Position numbers and translations under genes: made by a program. 64,000 bases of DNA, taken from positions 26,391 to 90,390 of the forward strand of contig NW_003314305.1 in the NCBI RefSeq assembly GCF_000143415.4, in the 5' to 3' direction. Within the stretch, counting starts at the first letter, position 1. Every line of letters starts with the position of its first letter. Below the pieces are notes generated by a model that saw only the letters and a program-made list of their open reading frames with translations, did no database searches and was not told the origin of the DNA. Below, in pieces: positions 10,805 to 21,499 of the stretch. The stretch is from Selaginella moellendorffii. Lineage: Eukaryota; Plantae; Lycopodiophyta.

Positions 10805-13703
10805 TCACGCCTCCTCTGATTCAGATTCGGATTGTTCACCTTGAAATAAAATACATTAGAAACTTAATAAAGGAATATTAATGAATCTCACCTTGAACCC
10901 GGGTTATGAATGCTCTTGCTACATCTCTTGCATGGTCTGGCAAGGTGATAGTGGCACTTTGCTTCTGCATCCAACCATGCACAACATTATCCACCGATAT
11001 GCTCATGCTGGGATCCCTTGGATTCAGCACCCATCTCTTTTCTAGGCAATCCTTCGTATATCCGGAACTTGGCTTGAACCACTCCACAGTTACATTGAAG
11101 GAATTAGTTTCCGCATCCTCCTCTGCATCAGTGATGCAGCGCCCCACCCATATCATTTGTTTTTTATTACTGGGTCTGACAAGCACGACCATTCCTTTGC
11201 AGACCTGTACTGGATTGAATGCTGAATCCGGCTTCTTGTTCTTCGGCCCACAATAGTGATCCTCAACATCGTTATCTGTCACTGCATTTCCAGAGGACAT
11301 TGTTCCACTACTATCTGGTGCTCTGGGTTCTGGCCAAAAGGACTCTTCCAATTCTTCATATACAACCGGCCCATTTTGGATAGCAGATATAATCTTCTCC
11401 CAGTATTCGATCAAAGGCTTGCACCTCTGAAAATAGGATTCTCCACCAAACACCAACCCCCTCTTCCAGAAGGCAATATGCTGTCTAATCCCGGCCATTA
11501 TACTTTCTTGGTCTTTGAGTCCATCCGGGTGCATCGGCCGTGGGGAACCCTGAGGAATCATAGGTTCCCCAGTTATGGGATCTCTCTTGAAGAGTTCAAT
11601 GCCGTCCACTGGCAGCCACACTGTGTCCCATTCTCTCATCTTGTACCTCATCACTGGAGCACCGTCACGCATGCTGAAATGAAATTGAAGGGGATTGGAG
11701 TGGCCAATCAGCGTTTTGGATCTGTCCCTGATGTAGCCTCTTACAAACCCCTTAAAGTTTGGAACCTCTGTCACAAGTGCAGCTTCAACTGTGCCTTTGA
11801 TGCAATTTTGGAATTCATCGTAGAGTTGTGGGAGGGTGAGGACATTGGATCGCCGGAGGGACTCTGCCAGGTGACTGAACATGGCATCGACGTCTTCATG
11901 AGTGTGCCCAACCATGAGAAAGCCAAGTGTAACCGTTTCAAATATGCCTTTGGCAACAAGCATCGCCAAGTACGCGAAGACGTACATGTTTTTGCTCTCA
12001 CTGCCAGCATTGTCTGTTTGGAGCAGAAGATGGGGTGGAAGGCCACATCGGCCGCAAGAACTTCCTTGAGATTCTGCTTCGTTTGGATGAGGCTGTGCAT
12101 TCACCGGGCGACCAGCCTCGTCGGAATGGCACGAGGCCTCACGTGATAACCCTACAATCTAATGGCCAACATATTCACTGGGATGGCATGGGGCCCCACG
12201 TGATACTGCAAGCCTTTGCTCCTCCTCCAGCTGAACCCTGTATGGGGTTCGATCGACAAGGGCCTTATGCAAGGGTTGGCCGTTCAGCTCAGTCTGCGCA
12301 CTTTGCAGAGACCTTAAGTGTTTTGCTAGGGACGCAATCATCATGTTTGCACCCCCGCCACCCCATAGAGGTACAAAGAAGTTCCCATAGTTCTGGGCAC
12401 CATGCCCATGAGTGATTATGCCAAACAGAGACACAGGCAGCTGTATGGATGAAGAGATTGCCTTGGGGGCAGGATTGAGTCGAGGTAAGCACGTCTTTTT
12501 CTAGTCCATTTTGTCGTGGATGATGCAGAGGTAAGAGTCAAGTCTCTCCATGGAGAGAATCCTGTTATGATAATATGCAGTCCTGCAGCTTCTTTGCTCG
12601 ATGTTGTGGTCGAGCCGCCTTCTAGCCAACGTCTCTCGCTCTTGAGCGATGCAAGAATTCTTCGACAAAACCATTTTGATAGCAGTGCACTCGTCACACT
12701 TTGAAAAGCTGGAGTACTTTCCTATACTCACATCCCTGAACCTGTTGCTCCACAATCTACTAAATCTAGATTGGCTCAGCTTCCTGTAGCCATTACTCTG
12801 GAGTTCCCGATTCACATCTTCCAATATGGCCCCCTTGGTATACATGGAAGGGAGAACTCGTTGGGTGTCTCGAGTTCCATCTTCCAAGAGGCGGGTTTTA
12901 TGTGGTTGCTGCTCGCTACATGTCTCGACAAACCTCTTGAAGATTGCCTCTCCATATACAACATGACCCCTGGTTTTGTGAGTACCGTCATTCCCATGGA
13001 CTGCCTGTTGAACCCTTTGTTCCTCGAACTCAGTTTTGATTCTGTAGAATGTGGTTCGAGGGACTCCATAAATGATTCTCCATGCCTTCATGCAGACCAA
13101 ACCCCTCTGGAAGACCATGCCCCCCACCTGATGTTCTGAAGCATCAACAGATGACCGTAATGCCTCATACACAAAATTGTGAGCTGCCTTCCAGGACAAT
13201 GTCTTGTATCTTGCTCTCTCCTCTTCAATAGCATCCCAATCAGCATGTTGATAGCACCTCCTCTTGCAACAAGCAACTGTCGAGACCATTCGAACCTCCA
13301 TCGCCATTTTCTGCCTTTTCGATTCATTGCTCAGATCCCTTTGACTGCGCTTTAGGAAGGTGTACTTTCTTTTCCCATGAAGAGATGGTCTGTCATCAGT
13401 TGTAGTGGTGTTTGATTGTGAATCCTTCACATTCTCAAACACTAAGTGCCTCAATTTCCACCGCACAATGCTTCCAATAGTCAAACTGTTTTCTTCTGTG
13501 TCAACAACCTCTAAAATCGCAACTCCAATATCATCCCAGCCCAATTCTTGATTAGCAACCGCATCTCTTGGATCGACAACTGTGGCTAAGCCCTCAGCTA
13601 TCACCTCCCCCTCGGGGTTGTTTAGAAACACCTTTGCCTGAATCCATGTAACACGGTTCTTAAGATCCACGGAGGGAACATGCGTCGCACTTGCGGAGGC
13701 CAT
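10805..13703 (-). pseudogene. Sola-like (DUF7869-type) DDD transposase, ~950 aa, two internal TAG stops, terminal intron 10840-10891
   Basis: ORFs 12501-13703, 12159-12434 and 10878-12104 share one frame. Motifs SKCDEC, LCIIHDKMD, LQTDNAGSESKN, FLMVGHTHEDVDAMFS. caag|gtgag...tttcaag| splicing gives a last exon GEQSESESEEA*. Confidence 0.75.
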
Positions 13704-16350
13704 TCTGAAAGTGCAGAAAAGAAGTTAAAACCATACAAAAAATGATTGGAGAATGGCCTAAATCATAACATACCAAACAACATCAATAGCATGAGGCCAC
13801 ATGCCATTATTCAAACATGCTATTGACACCCACGTGAAATTTCGCATTCACAAAATTGGCATGAGGCCTCATGCCATCTTGATATACACACAGCTGCAGG
13901 CAAGTAAAAACATACATGACAATACGCTAGCCATGAAATTGCAAGGGCCCAAGATGGCATGTGGCCTCATGCCATTTCTAAATGTGGTCCTAAGCCATTC
14001 CATGGTGAACATACCAGGAAGCACAAGTGCCGAATATCAAGAGGAAGCAGTAGCCACACCAAAGACAGTGCCGCTCACAACACCGCAACTACTCGTAGCG
14101 CCGCTCGCAACACCGCAACTGCTCGTAGCGCCTCTCGCACAAACTGCCACGTGCATAAACTGCCGCTCGCAATGGGGCTCGCAATGCCGCAACCGCTCGT
14201 AGATGCATAAACCACAGCTCACAACGCCGCTTACACAAGCAGCGCTCATTGCGCTCAGCGGAACCAAGAACACGGCGCACAAAAATGATAGACCTAGGAA
14301 TGAGTTCGAGAATTCAAAAATAACACACGCTTGAACGTCACATCAAATCCTCTGACAAACCAGATCTTATGATTCCTCTGACAAATTTCAAACTGAGTAG
14401 CTTCTAGACTTTGCTGTCGGAGGTTGAACTTTGTCACATCATGTCCTTGCCTCGATCCAGCTGTGCCATGTCAGTGATTCGAACTTTGCCATGCCATGTC
14501 AGCAATCCGCGCCAAGATTATTCGCCGTGTAAAGGAATAATTATGCTGTGTGTGTACGTCCATTTATGGCAATATAAGGCCACACGCCATTCAAAGAATA
14601 ATGCTAGTCGAGCATTTTTTGGTGCATTTTTGGGTTCAAAATTGCATGAGCCCACACGCTATAAAGTTTACCTGTACCAAAAATAGAAACAGCTTTATTT
14701 ACTTGGGAATTTAAGTGGTTGAGGCATTTTTAAACTTACAAACACATGCCCTACTTACATTCCTTTGGTTGCTTAAAATTCAAAAATATTATAAACCTTT
14801 CTTTTTGCATTTTCAATGTTTTCAATTATGGTTTTTGATTTTCGCAGGACCAGCCTAGTAATCTATTTGCATCCCGTCATGCTTATAGCTAGCTTTCGTT
14901 TGTCCCCTTCGCTAGCCTGAGATACATCTGCTCGGCATCTGCCTATTACAGCATTTGCCCAGAAAGGGCATCTTTCTTCACGCAGCATTTACCACATGTT
15001 TAGGGTTTAGGGTTTAGCAATTTAGTAGCTTGATAAACATGCAAATACAGAACTTGATGCAAAATCCTTTGATATGTCACAATGCCCCTAGGACCATAAA
15101 CACATTTCAATAGAGAGGGTCCTTTCATTTCATAACTCCTTACGTAGATCTTAGTGAAACCAGAGTTAGTGAAGTTAGTTTCTTGTGATCCCGCATCTAA
15201 TTGTGATGTCCCTTTGCAGTGTCGATGGAAAGGTCAATGCACACCAAACTGTAGAATCTTGGAGCAAAATAACGGTCGGATCTATGGCAAATGCCCCTGA
15301 AAAATTGTAAGGCTCGTGTGGTCTCATGTGGTGTCCAATCGAAATTCTTCTTTGCAGGGTCATCAAGAAAGACATTGTATACCATTATGTAAAATCTAGT
15401 TGCAATCTAACGGTTGGATCTCCAGAAAACTCAAAAAAATCTCACGCGTGTCAAAATATTCTAGGAATATACTCCTATGTGCCCCTGAAAATGGCGTGCG
15501 GCCCCACGCCATTCAAGAGATAATGCCAGATGACGCCGAGCATTTTTTGGTGCATTTTTTGGGATCAAAATTGCATGAGCCCACACGCTTGAATGTCACA
15601 TCAAATCTTCTGACAAACCAGATCTTATAATTCCTCTGACAAATTTCAAACTGAATAGCTGAACATCTGGCATTTTTGGAAATACAAGATGCTTTGGAAT
15701 ATCCAATCATGCATGGTATAAATATAGCGAGGGTATTAAATGATATCCCAATCATGATCTTTCTTTTGGATTTCGCGTGCATGTAGTCCGAGGAATGATG
15801 ACGTTGCGGATTTCTTTTGGATTTCACGTGCATGCATGCGCGCGGCAATCCAGAAATTAATGGTGGCGCCCAAGTTCGAGGAATGATGACGTGGCGGGAT
15901 TACCAACCGTCGTGACATTTCGCGCGTGTGAGGTTAAGTTTTGCATCGTACTCGCGCTCACACACTCGCGCTCGTATCGCGCTCCCACTCGCGATCACGC
16001 TCACATTCGCACTCATCTACCTTCTCTACAGGTTTCTCATGTGCATCGGCGTCCACTCGCGCTTGCATCACACTCGCGCTCGCATCGCGCTCGTGTGCAT
16101 CGGCGTCCACTTCAAGACACACCCAGTTTGTAACTTCGCCGCCAACTCCGCTGCCCACTCCGCCACCCACACGCAGCCCACTTGGCGTCCCGGCAGATTT
16201 CAGCGCCACTCTCCAACTGTAAGTGGCAGAGTAGCCTTGTTGCTACGATCCGCTGCACACATAGTGCACATTCGCCAGCGAGTCCGGCCTCGATTGTCAC
16301 GCCTCCATTCGGCTTCAAATGGTAAGTCTTTTAGGCCAAGTAGAAAATGG

Positions 16351-18720
16351 CGAATGAGGTATGGGAGCTTTGAGTTTTTGGTGATGCCCTTTGGGCTGTG
16401 CAATGCGCCGGCAATGTTTTCGGCATTGATGAACCACATCTTTGTACCCTATCTGGATCACTTAGTGGTCGTCTATATTGACGACATCCTGATCTATAGC
16501 GAGACGCTAGAGGAGCATGCCGAACACTTGGCGAAGGTGTTTGAGAAACTAAGGGAACACAAATTGTATGCTAAAGAGAGCAAATGTGACTTTTCTCAAC
16601 AAGAGGTAAAGTTTCTCGGGCATGTGGTGGGCCAGGACGGGCTCAAGGTGGACCCGGAGAAGGTCCAAGCGATCCAGGAATGGGAGCGACCATCGAATGT
16701 ACATGAGTTGAGGGCATTCTTGGGGCTATGCAACTACTATCGAAAGTTTATCAGACACTATTCGAGAGTAGCCCTGCCCTCAACGGACCAAACAGGAAAA
16801 GGGAAGATGGTATAGACAGCGGAATGCGAGGTGGCATTCGTCCACCTCAAAGGGAAATTGAGGAAGGCTCCCGTGTTGGCATTACCGGACTTTGGTAAGG
16901 ACTTTGAGGTAGAAACGGATGCTTCGGACTTTGCGTTGGGCGCGGTTTTGAAGCAAGACAACCATCCAATAGCGTTCTTCTCGAAGAAGCTGGACAAAGC
17001 TCAACGGAAGTGGCCTGCCCATGAGAAGGAATTGTTTGTGGTGGTCAAGGTGCTCAAGGAGTGGCGACACTACCTTGGGAGACACTTCAAAGTTTACACG
17101 GACAATGTGGCAACGAAACACTTCTTGTCACAGCCCAACCTAAGGGGAAAACAAGGTCGGTGGGCCAATGCTTTGGCTGAGTTTGATTGCGAGATCCTGT
17201 ACAAGCCTGGGAAGAGCAACATTGTGGCAGATGCGCTAAGTAGAAAAGCGAGCTTGAAGTTGGCGATATCTAGTGCGACAGCAACCTTTTGGGATGATGT
17301 GCGGATTGCATACGAGAACGATGGTCTAGCACAAGAAGTGTTGCTGAGGAATCTAGAGGCGCGGGAAGCTCACCAGAGAGGTGAGCTGCCAACGGAAGAG
17401 AAAACGGGCTATACGGAATGCAACGGACTCATATATTACAAACAAACGAGGGTATATGTTCCAGAAGGGGAACTAAGGAAGTTAGCCTTGGAAGAGTGTT
17501 ATGACGGACCTCTCGTGGGACATGGCGGAGTGCCCAAGACGATGGGCTTACTCAAAAGGAAGTATCACTGGCTAGATATGGCTAAGGACGTCCAAGACTA
17601 TGTAAAGACATGTCCAACATGTCAACAGGTCAAAGCCGTGACGAAGGCTAGTGGGGGCTTGTTGCAAAGCATCCCCATTCCAAATCGTCCGTGGAAATGT
17701 CTCACGACGGACTTCATCACGGGACTACCCCCAAGCGAGGGGTTCGATGTGATATTCGTGGTGGTGGACCGATTTTCAAAAATGGCACATTTCATACCCA
17801 CCACAACGGAAGTGGATGCGGAAGGTGTGGCGAAGCTGTTCTTCGAACAAGTGGTTCGAGTGAGGGGAAGGCCAGAAGAGATTATCTCAGATCGAGATAA
17901 GATCTTCACCAGTAGGTTTTGGAGGACACTCCTAGAACAGTATCGCACCAAGTTGAAATTCAGCACAGCCTATCACCCACAGACAGGTAATGGGAATTAA
18001 GTCAAGATTGATGGCACTAACACTTCTTGATAGACGGACAAACGGAAAGGGTGAATAGGCAGCTGGAGGATTATTTGCGATGCTATGTCTCAGGAGACCA
18101 GACCGACTGGGTAAGTCATTTGGGACTTGCGAAAATGTGTTATAACAACTCACCACATTCGAGCATCGGGGTGAGTCCATGGGAAGTCATCAACGGGCGA
18201 GCTATTAAAGGTCCTGTGGAACTCGGCGTGGCCGAGTATCATGGAGAGTTACCTGCAGTGGAGGCATTCACGGCGGAAAGACTCAACATTTGGAATCTAG
18301 TGAGGGATTCCTTGGAACGGGCTCAACAAAGGCAAACTAAGTACGCGAACCAAAAGCGTCGGGATGTGGAGTTCCAAGCTGGGGAGAAGGTGTGGCTGAA
18401 CACCAAGAACCTTAGGCTACCAAGTGGGATTAGCCGGAAGTTGACCCAAAGGTAAAAATGCATGTATTCCTGTAAATGAATTAATCCGTATTTTGAGGAT
18501 CCGCTTCGCAAGGACCAAGTAAGACCTTTACCTGAGGTTATCCAAGGGGAGGAGGAATACGAAGTCGAGGCCATCCTCAATGCGCGCAAGAGCAAGCGAC
18601 AAGGATGCGAGGTGAGAGAGTTCCATGTGAAGTGGAAAGAATTTCCACACTGCGAAGCAACATGGGAACCGGAGGAGAACCTAGCGAACGCGCGAGATTT
18701 AGTGGAGGAATTTCTGCATG
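16351..18720 (+). pseudogene. pol: pol: RT (N-truncated), RNase H, integrase, chromodomain
   Basis: YIDDILIY; ETDASDFALGAVL; GHGG...CPTC; DFITGLP; ISDRD; HPQT|DGQTERVN; YEVEAIL...VKWK...EATWEPEENL. Stop at 16813-16815; GPF segment deleted near 18452. Confidence 0.92.
17987..18033 (+). other. Putative 47-nt spliceosomal intron within the integrase catalytic core
   Basis: ACAG|GTAATG...CACTAAC...TTCTTGATAG|AC; removal exactly restores HPQTDGQTERVN. Confidence 0.8.
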
Positions 18721-19144
18721 GCAGAACTCTATGTACTTATGCAAAGTTCAATTAAAAGTATCAATTTGAGAAAGTTGAGCAATGGCATATATTGGGACCC
18801 GAAGGCGCGCCGAAGGTAAGCTAATTAGCATGGGTTAGCTAAGTCGACCAGGTGTAGGGAGCTACGCCCGACTCCCTGCGGGGATGTCGAATCTGTAGAC
18901 GTATTCTACGGAGGTTGGGTTCGAGTCCCAACCCCCTAGTAAAGCAAGGCTAGGTTCAAGTCCCGACCCTATACTAGGGCGTGGTGAGGTGAGGGGTATA
19001 GGGACACCTATATTCCGTTGTCATGGGCTCTTGGCCGGGGAGGCTAACTTAGGCACACCGCTAAGTGGGGGGATGCCCCCGGAGACATGGTTAACAAGTC
19101 GTAGGATAAAATGAGACGTTCGATGTGGGCATCGAACTTCTTCT

Positions 19145-19158
19145 ATGGGTGGTGGAGT
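19145..19158 (+). promoter_or_regulatory. Polypurine tract
   Basis: atgggtggtggagt immediately before the 3' LTR. Confidence 0.7.
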
Positions 19159-20974
19159 TGTAAGGAACCAACTCGCCAAGGTGTCGTAGGCTAAAGGAAC
19201 CCCGAAAGCATGACCAAAATGACAAAGAGTTCATCGGATGGGACCAAGTTGAAGATCGAGTCCAAGACTGACTCTAGGACCGAGTTCGAGATAGAGTCCG
19301 GAATCGNNNNNNNNNNNNNNNNNNNNNNNNNNNNNNNNNNNNNNNNNNNNNNNNNNNNNNNNNNNNNNNNNNNNNNNNNNNNNNNNNNNNNNNNNNNNNN
19401 NNNNNNNNNNNNNNNNNNNNNNNNNNNNNNNNNNNNNNNNNNNNNNNNNNNNNNNNNNNNNNNNNNNNNNNNNNNNNNNNNGATCCGAAATCGGGTCCGA
19501 GATCGAGCCAGAGACTAAGTCCAAATACTAATACGGGTCAAGGGGTGAAAGCCCAAAGTGTGCGTCTCCCAGGGGGGGGGGGGGGGGGGGGGCCGGGGGG
19601 GGCTTCCCGGGGTTCCCAAAATATAATAAGGGGGTCCCCGAACCCCTTTTTAAAGGACCCCCCCCTTGGGCTTCCCAACCCCCTTTAGGTTTAAAATGGG
19701 ACCCAAAGGCCCTTGGGGGGAAAAAACAAGGAATTTGCTGGGGCCCCAAGGGCCCTCCCAAGAAATGCTCCAAAAACCCCCCCCCCCCCCAAAAGGAAAA
19801 TAAATTCGGGGCCCCCCGCCCCAGGGGAAGGGGGCCCCCCTTTAAAACCCAGGGGCTCATTGGGCCCCCCCCCTTTTAAGGGCTTGGGCCCTCCTTTTGG
19901 AAAAAAAAGGGGGGGTAAAAATACCCAAACCGGGCCCCTAAGCCCCCGGGTTTTCCCCCCCCGCCCCCAAAAAAAGTTTTCCCCCCAAAATTTGGAATTA
20001 AAAGGGCCCCTAAACAAATCTTTTGGGACCCAAGGATTTTTAAAACCCCGAAACCTGGGGGGCCTGGCCCCCTAAGCTTTTGGGGAGGGTAACCCAACCC
20101 TTAATCTTGTCTAACCCCCGGAGGGGGATTTGGAATTATTTTGGAAACCCCGGAAGGAAGGGTNNNNNNNNNNNNNNNNNNNNNNNNNNNNNNNNNNNNN
20201 NNNNNNNNNNNNNNNNNNNNNNNNNNNNNNNNNNNNNNNNNNNNNNNNNNNNNNNNNNNNNNNGGGTTCCAAAAGTATAGTAGGGAGGTCCAGGAACCAG
20301 TTTTGAAGGGACTCTCCAGTTGGGCTTCCAAACCGACTTGAGGTTGAGACTGGGACCGAAGGGCCTTGGGTGGGAGTGAGCATGGACTTGGCTGGTGCCG
20401 GAGGGGCCATCCAAGGAAGTGCTCAAGAGCAGCTCCCACTCCCGAAAGGGAAACTGATTGCGGTGCTCCCGGCTCATGTGGAGTGGTGCCCCACTTGAGT
20501 ACCATGCGGCTCATTGGTCCTCGCCCTTCTTAGGGGCTTGGGCCTTCCTTTGGGATGGAAGTGGGGGGGTAGAGGTACCCATACCGGGCCGCTAGGCCAC
20601 GGTGTTTCGCCCCGGCGTCCCGAAGCAAGTGTTGCACTCAAGACTTGGGATTTAGAGGGTCCCATGATCAAGTCTTATGGTACCAAGGGATGTTAGGAAC
20701 CTGGAAGCTTGGTGTGCTTGGCTGCTTATGCTTGTGGGGAGTGTAGCCGAACCTTAAGTCTAGTCTAACCCAGGGAGGGGGATTGGGAGTGATTTGGGAA
20801 TCCGTGGATGGATGGCTAACACTCCGTTGCTCGTGCAGTGAGTAGCTGAGACCAAGTAGAAGCTGGTACCATAGGCGAGAACCTTGGCAAGGGAACTTAC
20901 CAAAAGCCAAGGCAGTGTGGGACGGATAGACGAGATAAGTTGGCAAATTGGAAAGGAAAAATTTGTGGCTTACA
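19159..20974 (+). repeat. 3' LTR, inflated by N gaps (19307-19481, 20164-20263) and a low-quality duplicated read
   Basis: 19159-19306 and 20264-20974 match the 5' LTR; 19482-20163 is a homopolymer-smeared copy. Confidence 0.9.
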
Positions 20975-21436
20975 ATAACCTCGGCCCCTCCAGCCCCTAA
21001 AGTGCCTGAGGTTGAGTTCAGGCTGGTCACCTTGGGCACTTTGGTTGTCTAAGGGGTCAAGATTATCTGAATAACCTTGGCCCCTTCGGTGGCTAAAGTG
21101 CCGGAGCTCAAACTCAAGCTAGCCACCTCAAGCACTTTGGCCACCTAAGGGGCTAAGGTTATTAGAATAACCTCGGCCCCTCGGGCGGCCAAAGTGCCCA
21201 AGCTCGAGCTCGGGTGGCCACCTCGGGCAGTTTAGCCGCCCAAGGGGCCAAGATTATTTGAATAACCTTGGCCCCCCTGGCACCCAAACTACCCAATTTA
21301 GGGTTTAGAGGGCTCAAGCCAGCCACCTCGGGCACTTTGGCTGCCAGGAAGGCTAAGGTTATTTAAATAACCTCGGCCCCTCAAGCAGCCAAGGTGCTTG
21401 AGCTCGAGCTCGGGCCGACCACCTCGGGCACTTTGG
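20975..21436. repeat. Palindromic ~95-bp minisatellite, right part
   Basis: Cores at ~21060, ~21156, ~21251, ~21356; continues the array from 6860-7108. Confidence 0.85.
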
Positions 21437-21499
21437 AATCGCTTGAGGGAACTTAAGGAACACCCTAGAGCTGAAAGAGTTGCAGACCTTCCTAACAAC

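Larger units (their letters stand above)
9789..15512. repeat. Dispersed 22-bp palindrome ATGGCATGAGGCCTCATGCCAT, about 12 degenerate copies
   Basis: Copies at 9789, 9878, 10478, 10638, 10784, 12126, 12183, 13786, 13856, 13954, 14566 (+3 nt) and 15491. Confidence 0.9.
9249..16350 (-). mobile_element. Inserted DNA-transposon block (Sola-like) replacing retro protease and N-terminal RT; boundaries approximate
   Basis: gag homology lost at ~9249; RT resumes mid-domain at ~16351 (RMRYGSFEFLVMPFGL); block contains a transposase and repeated palindromes; no TIR or TSD found. Confidence 0.65.
7109..20974 (+). mobile_element. Chromovirus-type Ty3/Gypsy LTR retrotransposon (defective, with nested insertion)
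   Basis: TG...CA LTRs, TSD ATAAC (7104-7108 / 20975-20979), PBS, PPT, gag, RT-RH-INT-chromodomain. Confidence 0.95.

Noticed and set aside
12159-12503. Stop-codon readthrough or U-to-C editing rescuing the TAG stops
   Set aside because: CAG>TAG and CGA>TGA changes occur throughout the TEs here, as expected from methyl-C deamination; plant C/U editing is organellar
14999-15017. TTTAGGG telomeric repeats
   Set aside because: Fewer than 3 units; ordinary interstitial telo-box-like sequence
9789-15512. CRISPR-like reading of the palindromic repeats
   Set aside because: Irregular spacing (tens to over 1000 bp), degenerate copies, no cas genes, eukaryotic context
15928-16815. 295-aa ORF as a novel RT fusion protein
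   Set aside because: N-terminal half is low-complexity CG repeat, in frame by chance with a truncated RT
18452-18482. Second intron in pol (AG|gtaaaa)
   Set aside because: The following bases still resemble the HxVFHVxxLxPY motif; this is a deletion of the GPF segment, not an insertion
19482-20163. G/P/K/F-rich ORFs and an apparent third LTR copy
   Set aside because: Homopolymer-smeared version of the LTR between two N gaps; a low-quality read tail, not biology
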